Of a DNA stretch of 64,000 nucleotides, positions 10,082 to 18,525 are shown piece by piece (positions within the stretch are counted from its first letter, which is position 1; each line of letters starts with the position of its first letter). A model generated the notes under the pieces. The model made no database searches, was not told where the DNA came from, and saw only the letters and a list, made by a program, of their open reading frames with translations. The position numbers and the translations under genes were made by a program. The stretch comes from Rhodothermales bacterium. Its GTDB lineage: Bacteria > Bacteroidota > Rhodothermia > Rhodothermales > DASSAV01. The stretch is taken from the NCBI GenBank assembly GCA_041690215.1, contig JAWLHQ010000003.1:330518-394517 (forward strand). Direction: 5' to 3'.

Positions 10082-11011
10082 TTATGTTACTGCAAACGCT
10101 TTGGCGAGCAGAATAGAAAAAACGAGCAGGACCGCCGTTACAAGCCCGATTACCCACCCCCCGAATCCTGCTGCAAGCGTTGCGTCCATCAAAATGAGGG
10201 AGATAACCCCTCGTTTCACGGCAGCTCGTATGTGCCCTGCCTGAGGATCCACGGCCGCCTGAATGAAGGCCGGTACGACGGCTATCGTGAAAACAAGCAA
10301 AAAGGGTACCGCCCGAATAATCTCATATTCGGGGATAACGCCCAATCCGAGCAATCCAATAATGACCAGTACAACAAACACCAGTGACACGATTACCGTA
10401 CGCCGCTGTCCACCGTGAACTTCCCCTCGGCTCACGGTGGTCACAGCCGCGATGTAGAGCACGGGCAAGATCGCCAGAAACCACAACTGCCCGACCATAA
10501 CGGGAACAGCGCTCACGCCGAGCAACAGATTGCCGCCCCGGCACATCCCCATGTTCACCGGGCCCAGAATCGAATGATGTTTCCCGTATATGTCATACGT
10601 GACGACCCACAGAGCAATGGCAAACGCGATTCCGGCACTGAGCATCGAAACCATAGCTGCGGCAGCTATACCGATGAGCAGCAGTATCGCTCCCAGGATC
10701 CCCGCATTCCGGCGCGACACACGCCCGCTCGGGATGGGTCGTTCCGGGCGTTCAGTCGCATCCAGTGCCGCATCGAAGTAGTCGTTGAGCACCACTCCGC
10801 CTCCGTACAGCCCGGCTGTCGAAAGGAGCAACCACATCAGCGATGGCAGGAGGTTCGCCCCAGTCTGCGTCCCCAGTAAGGAGACCGCCCCTGAAGCCGC
10901 GAAGCCCGCAAGAATATCGGCCAGCGCGGTCACGATGTTGGCGGGCCGCATCAATTCCAGGTATGCCCGTACCCGTGAACGTTTCGGCTGAACGGCTTCT
11001 TTCATCGACAT
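10082..11011 (-). CDS. eboC: EboC: UbiA-family prenyltransferase
   Basis: 309 aa, hydrophobic throughout (about 8-9 predicted TM segments by eye). Asp-rich prenyltransferase motif VVLNDYFDAALD. Confidence 0.85.
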   Translation of the reverse strand: MSMKEAVQPKRSRVRAYLELMRPANIVTALADILAGFAASGAVSLLGTQTGANLLPSLMWLLLSTAGLYGGGVVLNDYFDAALDATERPERPIPSGRVSRRNAGILGAILLLIGIAAAAMVSMLSAGIAFAIALWVVTYDIYGKHHSILGPVNMGMCRGGNLLLGVSAVPVMVGQLWFLAILPVLYIAAVTTVSRGEVHGGQRRTVIVSLVFVVLVIIGLLGLGVIPEYEIIRAVPFLLVFTIAVVPAFIQAAVDPQAGHIRAAVKRGVISLILMDATLAAGFGGWVIGLVTAVLLVFSILLAKAFAVT

Positions 11012-11117
11012 CGGTCAGTAGTCAGTCGTCGGTTGCGCGTGGTCGACTGCTTCGAGGGACGATACCAGCACCGGGGTTGGCACGCTGCCCTCCAACCGGC
11101 CATGGGCAACGGACCAA

Positions 11118-12047
11118 TCACTTGATGATCAACGAATCCTTATCTCTCGCCGGCATTCCCGGCTCCCGGCCTCCGCGCAGCACCGTATTGCCATTGTAGA
11201 GTTGCCGCTGGTCGATAGCAGGCGGATTGAGCCAGTCGTCCTCCTTCATCTGTCCACTCTGACCATAGGCAGCAAGAGCGTTCCCATAAGTCACCTGCCG
11301 CACGTGCTCTTCGGGAATACCTCGCTGCAGCATGAGTGTCGCCGTCTTTGGTACGGCCAGAGGATCACTGATCCCCCAGTCACATGCACTATCTACAATG
11401 ATGCGCTCCGGACCATACTTACGCACGATCTCCGTCATGCGCTCGTTACCCATCTTTGTGCTCGGGTAGATACTGAAGGCGCACCAGAACCCCCTGTCCA
11501 GCACCTCATGCACCGTCTCTTCGTTGTTGTGGTCGATGATGACCCGAGTAGGCTCCAGGCCATGCTCCAGGCACACGTCCATGCTGCGGCTCGTACCCTG
11601 CTTCTTATTTCGATGGGGAGTATGGACCAGCACCACCATGTCCAGTTCCTTTGCGAGTTCGAGCTGTTGCCGGAAATAGCGGTCCTCCAGTTCCGTCATC
11701 GCATCGTAGCCGATTTCCCCAATAGCGACCACACCCTCCTTGGCTGCGTAAAGAGGAAGCAACTCCATCACCTCTTCCGCCAGAGCCTCATTATTGGCTT
11801 CCTTCGAGTTCAGGCCGATCGTCGCATAATGCCGAATACCGAACTGCCCGGCACGAAACCGCTCCCAGCCGACGATCATGCTGAAATAATCCTGGAATGA
11901 CCCCGCATTCGTGCGCGGCTGTCCGAGCCAGAACGCCGGCTCGATTACAGCGACTACCCCTGCCGCCCGCATGGCCTCATAGTCGTCCGTCGTCCGCGAA
12001 ACCATGTGGGCGTGCGGATCGATGAACATCATGTTTTCAACTGTCAT
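11118..12047 (-). CDS. eboB: EboB: TatD-family metal-dependent hydrolase
   Basis: 309 aa. Amidohydrolase/TatD signatures FIDPHAHM, VLVHTPH, IIVDSACDWG. Confidence 0.85.
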   Translation of the reverse strand: MTVENMMFIDPHAHMVSRTTDDYEAMRAAGVVAVIEPAFWLGQPRTNAGSFQDYFSMIVGWERFRAGQFGIRHYATIGLNSKEANNEALAEEVMELLPLYAAKEGVVAIGEIGYDAMTELEDRYFRQQLELAKELDMVVLVHTPHRNKKQGTSRSMDVCLEHGLEPTRVIIDHNNEETVHEVLDRGFWCAFSIYPSTKMGNERMTEIVRKYGPERIIVDSACDWGISDPLAVPKTATLMLQRGIPEEHVRQVTYGNALAAYGQSGQMKEDDWLNPPAIDQRQLYNGNTVLRGGREPGMPARDKDSLIIK

Positions 12048-12279
12048 GGCTCTGAAGCTACTCTAAACCTGATCCGATATTGCCGAAGTGGAAAAGCTGT
12101 CCGGACGAAACGATTCCCGTTCAAAAAGACGTGGCAAACGTTCGCACCGTCACCGATCACGCCACGTGGTGACGACCTGATGCTCTCCACCATGTCAGTA
12201 TACGCAGGCACGTGAGCCTACACATGGCCTCACCGCTTTCCTACGTGGATATTCAACGAAGTCCCGTCCATATTTCCGC

Positions 12280-13176
12280 TCACCCTACGCTCCGGCTCAG
12301 GCTCTCCCACGTCAGTTCGCCCCGCTCAATACGCTGCAGCAATTCAGGCTGCGTCGCAAGAACGTCCGATGCTTCGGGTACACGGGCATGAGAAAGCGCC
12401 AGCGCTGCCGCTTGCCGGTGCAATGGATCGTCCGAAGCTAGTGCACGCTCCAGATCCTGTATGCCGCGCTGATCCGAGAACGGTCCGACGAGGCGCCACA
12501 ACTCCGGCGTGAACGTCCGCGAAGCGGCCCAACGTTCATGTACGTAGTCCAATAGCATACGCGCAAGCTCGGGGTTTGCACGCCAGTCCAGGCCCGCGAT
12601 GCGATGTAGGGGACTCCCTACAAATACCGCCTTCAGGACGAGCTGATTCCATGCCTGTTCGTCGAAATAATCGGCCGGAAATGGGTTCTCGAGCGCTACC
12701 GCATTGAATACGGCATCAATGCTGCTTCGCAAGCCCTCCTCCGCTCTCGGTACGAAGCGTTCTGGATAGGGCAGAAGTGGCAAACTCTGGTACAGGGCGA
12801 CCTGCTCACCCACATCGGCCGCAGAAAACAACCGGTCGAGCTTCTTGACGTAAGCGTCGGCATCACCTGGTGGAATGGCCAGCACAAGCAGGGTGCGCGC
12901 GGCCTGATCAACACTCCACCCTTGCGGGTGCCAGCCGGACCGGACGCGATCGGCTTCGCGCTCATCATCCGCCGACAAGTTCAGATCGGCTTTGCCGGTA
13001 TAGCGAGGCACTGCGCTGAATGCCGTGAAGAAAACGCGATCCGGTGCCCCCTCCTCGATCTGCTGCCGTTTCTCCTCCAGCCAGCGCTGGCCTTTCTCAT
13101 CTACGAGCGGGCGAATCCAGCGCAGCAGCAGATCGACCACGAGAGACGTATCTGCCTGTGATGTCGCTCCAGTCAT
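12280..13176 (-). CDS. eboA: EboA-like protein (no known catalytic motif)
   Basis: 298 aa with an ATG start. It is the first gene of the cluster. I recognise no motif, so the call rests on position, size and the identity of the five downstream genes. Confidence 0.65.
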   Translation of the reverse strand: MTGATSQADTSLVVDLLLRWIRPLVDEKGQRWLEEKRQQIEEGAPDRVFFTAFSAVPRYTGKADLNLSADDEREADRVRSGWHPQGWSVDQAARTLLVLAIPPGDADAYVKKLDRLFSAADVGEQVALYQSLPLLPYPERFVPRAEEGLRSSIDAVFNAVALENPFPADYFDEQAWNQLVLKAVFVGSPLHRIAGLDWRANPELARMLLDYVHERWAASRTFTPELWRLVGPFSDQRGIQDLERALASDDPLHRQAAALALSHARVPEASDVLATQPELLQRIERGELTWESLSRSVG

Positions 13177-13248
13177 ATATCACCTGTAAATCTTCGGACT
13201 GCCCGTTGTACGTAGTACACCGGGGCAAAAGACGCTAACCATGAACGG

Positions 13249-13280
13249 AAAAGGGGCGGGCAACCTGCCCGCCCCTTTTT
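13249..13280 (-). terminator. Rho-independent terminator after the cytochrome c gene (A/T tracts on both sides, potentially bidirectional)
   Basis: aaaa ggggcgggca acc tgcccgcccc ttttt: a 10-bp GC stem, 3-nt loop and a U-tract on the minus-strand transcript, 18 nt after the stop at 13298. It separates the cytochrome c unit from eboA. Confidence 0.75.
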
Positions 13281-13297
13281 ATCAGAGAGAATCTCGC

Positions 13298-13864
13298 TCA
13301 GTCAGCTGACGGGATCCCTTTGTTTTCATCCTTCTTCAGCTCCTCAGCGGTCCAGGGCTGCTTCCGGTCCTTGGTCGCAGCACGGACCTTTGCAACGTCC
13401 TCTGCAGAAATGGCCGAAGCCTGGTTACCCCAACTGCTACGAATGTACGTCGCAAGCGCGGCGATCTCGTCATCCTTCAGGGCCGCTCCCCAGGGAGGCA
13501 TGACGCCGTTATACGTATAGCCCTTCACTTCAACCGGACCGGACATCCCGTTCATGATGATACGCACGAGCGTACCGGGATCGCCCGTCACGTGATCAGA
13601 ACCGGCAAGCGGCGGGAAAACACCTGTGACACCAGCCCCGTTCATCTGATGGCAGGAGCCGCACCGGGTAGCGTAGACCTTGGCGCCGTCTGGCGGAGCG
13701 GCCATTGCCGGGATTGCACCGATCCACCCGTGTTCCGATTCCGAACTGGCAGCCTGAGTGTTTACCAGCGGATGCACTGTCTGTACAGCAAAGAACACAA
13801 GTAAGACGGCAGAAAGGCAAAGCCCTCCACGCATGATGCGTTTGTAAGTGACTGGCTGGCTCAT
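13298..13864 (-). CDS. Class I c-type cytochrome, mono-haem, membrane-anchored or exported
   Basis: 188 aa. N-terminal hydrophobic segment LCLSAVLLVFFAV, a single CGSCH haem motif and a GVMPPW distal-Met region. Confidence 0.85.
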   Translation of the reverse strand: MSQPVTYKRIMRGGLCLSAVLLVFFAVQTVHPLVNTQAASSESEHGWIGAIPAMAAPPDGAKVYATRCGSCHQMNGAGVTGVFPPLAGSDHVTGDPGTLVRIIMNGMSGPVEVKGYTYNGVMPPWGAALKDDEIAALATYIRSSWGNQASAISAEDVAKVRAATKDRKQPWTAEELKKDENKGIPSAD

Positions 13865-14033
13865 ACAAAGTACCAGAGATTGAGTGAGAAAACCTGTTCC
13901 GTGTAGTTGCTTCAGGTGTAGCCCTTAGCCCTTCAGGACCTCTTTCCACCGCGCCCGGGCTGTACAGGAAGCGCTACTTTCAAATAGCATTCCCACATCG
14001 GCACCATGGTCATAGCAACACCCATCAGCAGAT

Positions 14034-14068
14034 CCGCCATCGGGCACGTTTATCTTGCCCGATGGCGG
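14034..14068 (-). other. Intercistronic hairpin between the dehydrogenase fusion and the cytochrome c gene
   Basis: 13-bp perfect stem ccgccatcgggca / tgcccgatggcgg with a 9-nt loop and no U-tract. Possible mRNA processing, stability or attenuation element. Confidence 0.35.
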
Positions 14069-14086
14069 AAATGTACAACAAGCTAC

Positions 14087-17000
14087 CTATTTCCCCGAAC
14101 TTGCACCAGCGCCTGAGTTGGCGCTCGTCTGGCTGGCTGGCGCATTGTCGTCACTGATCCAGCGGTACCGGGTTACCTTGGCATTCGGGCCAGGTCCCCA
14201 GAATCCGTCGAACTCGGCCACGTAGAGCGTGCCGTCCGGCGCCAACTCCATCGAAATCGGCGTAGTTTCCGGCAATACATCGAACAGTTTGATGTTCGTG
14301 AGGCGCTTGGCCGGTACTTCGATCGAGTACGGGTAAGCCTTCACGCTGCCCGTCGTGTCGTTCGTCCACGTACGGTCCTCGACGTCGGCCCACTTGATCC
14401 AGCGGCGCGCCCAGTCGAAGACGAACACCTTTTCCTGGAATGCTGCCGGGAAAGCATATTCGCCATCAGACCGGTAGATCGGGCCAAACGTCGCCGAACG
14501 GCCACCTGTCGCGTAGGTGTACTCCCACATAGAGGGCGTCCAGTTCGGTATCATCTCGGGCTTCCACTCGTTGTAGAGGAGCTTCCCGTTATCGCGCGGC
14601 CAGCCGAAGTTCTCACCGCCCTTCATGGATACGTTGTATTCGTCGTACGTGGTGACTTCGTCCGGGCCTACTACGCCGATGTATACGTATCCGGTCTTGT
14701 CATCGACCTTGAACCGGTAGGGGTTGCGCAGACCATACGCATAGATTTCCCAGCGGACGCCCGGCTGTCCGAAGAACGGGTTGTCCTTCGGGATGGAGCC
14801 ATCCTTGTTGATGCGAAGGATTTTGCCGCGCAGTTCCTGGAGGTTCTGCGCCGTACGCTCCGAGTCCACAAGCCGCGACCAGTGATAGCCGCTCAGGTTG
14901 TTCTTCTCGACAAACGCCTGAACCTCCTCCTCGCTCACACCATCCTGTGGCCGTACGGAGGACTGCCCGGTATCGCCCGTGGAAACGAACAGCGTGCCGT
15001 CCGGTCCCCACTCGAGGTCGCCCGCCTGGTGGCAGCACGCAGGCTCCGTCGGAACGCGCAGGAGCACGGTCTCTGTGGACATGTCGAACTTGCCGTCGCG
15101 GAATTCAAACCGAGACAGCGTGTTGATGAACGTCTCCGGCTCGGCGTAGAACACATAGACGTACGGCTGGCCGTTGTAGAACTCCGGATCGACTTCGATG
15201 CCGAAGAGGCCATGCTCGATGTTCACCGGATCTGTGGTGTTGATCTTGGCCACCTCCCGCGTCTGGCCAGTGGCCGCATCGTACAGAAGCACTCTGCCCG
15301 TCAGTTCCGCAATCCACACATTGCCACGCTCATCCACCGCAATATCATCCGGCCACACGTTATCGACAATGACTTCTTTGATGCGCTGGCCAGAGAAATC
15401 GGCAGGAATGCGACCTGCAGCCATCCGAATGCCCTGCAGTACATGCTGGAGGAAATCCGGCTGCTTCCAGTTGTCAGCGAAATGACCGAGCTTGGTCACG
15501 AATACGCGTCCGCCGTTGTGCTTGCGGATCCAGGAGATCGGATGGTCATTGCGGCCGATATCGGCAGGTCCCTCCACGACGCCCACGCTCTCCATGTCCA
15601 GCGACAGGAGCACACGTGAGTTCCAACGCGGGTTCTCGTCCAGCGTATAGATCTCATCGCGAATGCTGAATGACTCACCCAGGTGCTCGGTCGCGGGATT
15701 ATCCGTCTCCTCAACGACGATCTCGACGTGCTGGGTCCAGGGATGTTCTTCGAACAACCCGCCGCCGACCATCTCCTTGTATTCGTCCCATCCGTAGAAG
15801 GCATCCAGGCCTGCGTGCGCGACGGCTATACCTTTACCCTGGCGCAGGAAGTCCATGATGGCCTGCCGCTGGGCTTCCGTGACGAGCACGGTTCCTTCCG
15901 GAATACCCGCAGTCCTGGTGCCATCATGATACGTGCCCGTCAGAGCGACTTTATTGTCGCCGAACACGACTTCTCCTTCCAGCTTGTCGCCGACAACATT
16001 GGCCTGTCCTTTAAACTGACCTTCATTGCCGAATGCGAAGGTCAGCTTATCGTTTTCAAATGTAACGTCCCGTAGTTCAGCCTCATTCCCGCCATCCCAG
16101 GCAACCGAGGCGGTATATGCTCCCGGCTCGCCGCGCAGGACAAGCTTACCCGTCCTGTTACCCCGTGAGGAGTTCATCTGTACATCCCACGTGGCCACGA
16201 CACCAGGAATTGCCTTGTCTGCCTTAATACGCAGAGTCGAGTTATTAAAGAAGAGAACGTCGTACTTCGCGAGGTTCTGCGCGTTGAGATCGTTCACATC
16301 CTCAGTGAAGTCGAACTCGAACTCCGTCGTCGTCTCGATCTCTCCCAGCACCCGGGTTGCCGTCTCAATAGCATCCTTATGACGGAAACCATGCGTCGCC
16401 GTCACCACGAGAACATTGATCGGATCGGCCTGTGTGTTCGTGCGGAAGACATCCGCCAGCGTTTCCGGCCCGCCCTCAGGGAGCGGCATTACGCGAATGT
16501 TGCGGTACCACACCTTCGAGAGGTCATCATGGTTCTGCAAACCGATATACCCCTGGCGACCACGGTTACCGATGAAGTCATTGACCTTCTCGCCATTGAG
16601 ATAGATCTGATAGCGCTGGCCGCGCACTTCGATCCGGTAGGTATTCCACTCTCCCGCCGGCTTGGAGGCTTTCTTCAGTGGCGCCTGGAAGCTGTACACC
16701 GAGCCGGTAACGTGCAATGGATCCTGGCTGTCGTCGATCTGGATTTCGTATCCGTTGTTGACGGCATACCAGGGGTCATCCGTCTTCTCGGGGAAACGCA
16801 CAAAGATGCCGGCGTTGGCTGAGTCGGTCGCTGCCTTCCAGTCGAGTTCGAGGACAAAATCCTTGAATGGCCGCGCCTCGTAATAGAACAGGCCCATTCC
16901 GCCCCGGCCCAGGATGGAGCCATCAGCCTGCTGTTCAAAGTGGCCCGGACCTGCCTGGGTCCAGCCTTCGAGGCTGCTTCCGTCGTAAAGCGTCACCCAC

Positions 17001-17110
17001 TGGTTCACATCCGGATCGCTTGAAGCCTGCTGCGTTCCGGCACACCCGGCCCATACCAAGGCCACCATCAGCACAAGCGCGGGACCGGCAAAGAAACGTC
17101 TTGTATTCAT
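14087..17110 (-). CDS. Exported lipoprotein fusion: DUF1080 (3-keto-disaccharide-hydrolase-like) + ThuA (with internal insert) + PQQ-type (GSDH-like) dehydrogenase propeller
   Basis: The ORF track gives 14087..17125 with a TTG start. ATG 17110 gives MNTRRFFAGPALVLMVALVWAGCAG (lipobox). DUF1080-like: WVTLYDGSSLEGW, YEIQIDD, NTYRIEVRGQRYQIYLNGEKV, GYIGLQNH. ThuA: VLVVTATHGFRHKD ... HPISWIRKHNGGRVFVTKLGH. Propeller: EPACCHQAGDLEWGPDGTLFVSTGD, LRGKILRINKDGSIPKDNPF, YAYGLRNPYRFKVD, ENFGWP. Confidence 0.8.
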   Translation of the reverse strand: MNTRRFFAGPALVLMVALVWAGCAGTQQASSDPDVNQWVTLYDGSSLEGWTQAGPGHFEQQADGSILGRGGMGLFYYEARPFKDFVLELDWKAATDSANAGIFVRFPEKTDDPWYAVNNGYEIQIDDSQDPLHVTGSVYSFQAPLKKASKPAGEWNTYRIEVRGQRYQIYLNGEKVNDFIGNRGRQGYIGLQNHDDLSKVWYRNIRVMPLPEGGPETLADVFRTNTQADPINVLVVTATHGFRHKDAIETATRVLGEIETTTEFEFDFTEDVNDLNAQNLAKYDVLFFNNSTLRIKADKAIPGVVATWDVQMNSSRGNRTGKLVLRGEPGAYTASVAWDGGNEAELRDVTFENDKLTFAFGNEGQFKGQANVVGDKLEGEVVFGDNKVALTGTYHDGTRTAGIPEGTVLVTEAQRQAIMDFLRQGKGIAVAHAGLDAFYGWDEYKEMVGGGLFEEHPWTQHVEIVVEETDNPATEHLGESFSIRDEIYTLDENPRWNSRVLLSLDMESVGVVEGPADIGRNDHPISWIRKHNGGRVFVTKLGHFADNWKQPDFLQHVLQGIRMAAGRIPADFSGQRIKEVIVDNVWPDDIAVDERGNVWIAELTGRVLLYDAATGQTREVAKINTTDPVNIEHGLFGIEVDPEFYNGQPYVYVFYAEPETFINTLSRFEFRDGKFDMSTETVLLRVPTEPACCHQAGDLEWGPDGTLFVSTGDTGQSSVRPQDGVSEEEVQAFVEKNNLSGYHWSRLVDSERTAQNLQELRGKILRINKDGSIPKDNPFFGQPGVRWEIYAYGLRNPYRFKVDDKTGYVYIGVVGPDEVTTYDEYNVSMKGGENFGWPRDNGKLLYNEWKPEMIPNWTPSMWEYTYATGGRSATFGPIYRSDGEYAFPAAFQEKVFVFDWARRWIKWADVEDRTWTNDTTGSVKAYPYSIEVPAKRLTNIKLFDVLPETTPISMELAPDGTLYVAEFDGFWGPGPNAKVTRYRWISDDNAPASQTSANSGAGASSGK

Positions 17111-17128
17111 CTTTTCGAGCTCCAAAAA

Positions 17129-18007
17129 TTAACGACTGACCAGCCCGGCCGACTCCGCCTCACGCAGGGCCGTATACAGACCGCCTTCCATCTTTTCCGG
17201 TTCTACGGTACCGTCGTTGTCGGCATCCACGCCATTCAGGTACTTTTCGATGAGACGGGTCATATCGGCAGCATGCTTCCGAGCCATTTCCACGTCCCCC
17301 TCATAATCCGTCTTCATGATATTGACGGCTTGGGAGTAGGCCTCGTAAAGCCAGCCCGTATCAGCTGTGGAGTTCCAGAACTCCGGCGAAGAAGTCCATT
17401 CTTCGGTCAGGCTGATGCGGGGCTGGCGCTCATCCCCTTTCAGCCCAACACGCAGCCGCATCCAGCCAATAACATTGTTCAGCGATGCAGCGATGCGCTC
17501 GGCACGCTGCCGGTCTGCAGCCGGAGTGTTTTCATCTTTGGCCAGCGCTTCCAGGTGGTCACGCAGGTAACGCGCCCGTCCTGCAATTCCCAGCTTCTCA
17601 GGATCCGTAATGGTGGGCGGTTTCGTGCCGTAACGAGCAGTCCACATGGAGTCGAACTCGGCCCCGCTCGTCTGCCACAGCACCTTCCACCCGTGTGCCG
17701 GAACGTCACCGAACGGCTCGGCCTCAACCATTCCCGACTTCATGCCCCAGACGGTCTCAAAAACCTGGTCGGCACCTGCCTTTACCTCTTCAACGGTTGT
17801 TGCTTTCTCGGCGGCACGACTGGCTGCTAGCGCCTGTTCACCGAGCTTCACTATATCCTGTAGATATGCTCCGGCATCAATCTGCGAAGCCTGCGCAGAG
17901 GTCAGATTCAGGTGTCCGCCGGCTCCCCAGAGGAGCCCTACCAAACTCAGGATGGCAACGCGTGAGCGTACACCCCCACCTCGTGTGATTGGTTGTGTCA
18001 TGTCCAT
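17129..18007 (-). CDS. Hypothetical exported, probably all-helical protein with a C-terminal EF-hand-like loop
   Basis: 292 aa with an ATG start. Signal-like segment VAILSLVGLLWGAGG...SAQA. Ala/Glu/Arg-rich helical composition. A DADNDGTVEPEKME (DxDxDG-type) loop lies near the C-terminus. Its stop is 18 nt upstream of my preferred start (17110) of the next gene (3 nt from the ORF-track TTG start at 17125). I recognise no family. Confidence 0.5.
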   Translation of the reverse strand: MDMTQPITRGGGVRSRVAILSLVGLLWGAGGHLNLTSAQASQIDAGAYLQDIVKLGEQALAASRAAEKATTVEEVKAGADQVFETVWGMKSGMVEAEPFGDVPAHGWKVLWQTSGAEFDSMWTARYGTKPPTITDPEKLGIAGRARYLRDHLEALAKDENTPAADRQRAERIAASLNNVIGWMRLRVGLKGDERQPRISLTEEWTSSPEFWNSTADTGWLYEAYSQAVNIMKTDYEGDVEMARKHAADMTRLIEKYLNGVDADNDGTVEPEKMEGGLYTALREAESAGLVSR

Positions 18008-18459
18008 GGAATATTGACTGCTAATGCTGCGCTCCAGACGACGGGACCTTCAGACCGGTCTTACGTTGGGTACCAGAGAGAAGTGTTGCGGAGAGAAGCG
18101 CATGAGGTTGACGCGAGCACGGCGCGACAGATCATTATAATATAAAAAATGCGACGGTTGTGTGAAAGCGGTTTGCGGATGTTACACGACCACCCGGGAA
18201 TGATAAGAACCACTCGACACCTTCCCGTTTCTCTCTGCCCACCCATACCAAACCTCAAACGAATCCGAACAAGCAGATTCACACCCCGGAGCAATCGATG
18301 TAACAGAATGGCTACGAGATCCGGTCCCAGGAGATCCCGGCCCCGGTCTGTTTCCCAGGCACAAACCCCTCATCGATGCCGGATGACCATGATTTCTTAC
18401 GGCCTCGACAGCGCCCGCTCACCCGGCCCGGCAATGGACACGTTGCCGGGCAACAAAAA

Positions 18460-18492
18460 AGCCCCCTCACCTCGAGTCGAGACGAGGGGGCT
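18460..18492 (-). terminator. Rho-independent terminator of the aminotransferase gene
   Basis: agccccctc ... gagggggct stem with an inner ctcga/tcgag stem, followed on the minus transcript by UUUUUUGUUG. It lies 34 nt after the stop at 18526. Confidence 0.7.
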
Positions 18493-18525
18493 GACTTGCC
18501 CCATTTCACCAATCGAACAACTGAC

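Noticed and set aside
18131-18150. AT-rich cattataatataaaaaat block as promoter of the 17129..18007 operon
   Set aside because: A TATAAT can be read on either strand, but no acceptable -35 lies at 16-18 nt on the minus strand. It is too weak to list as a feature.
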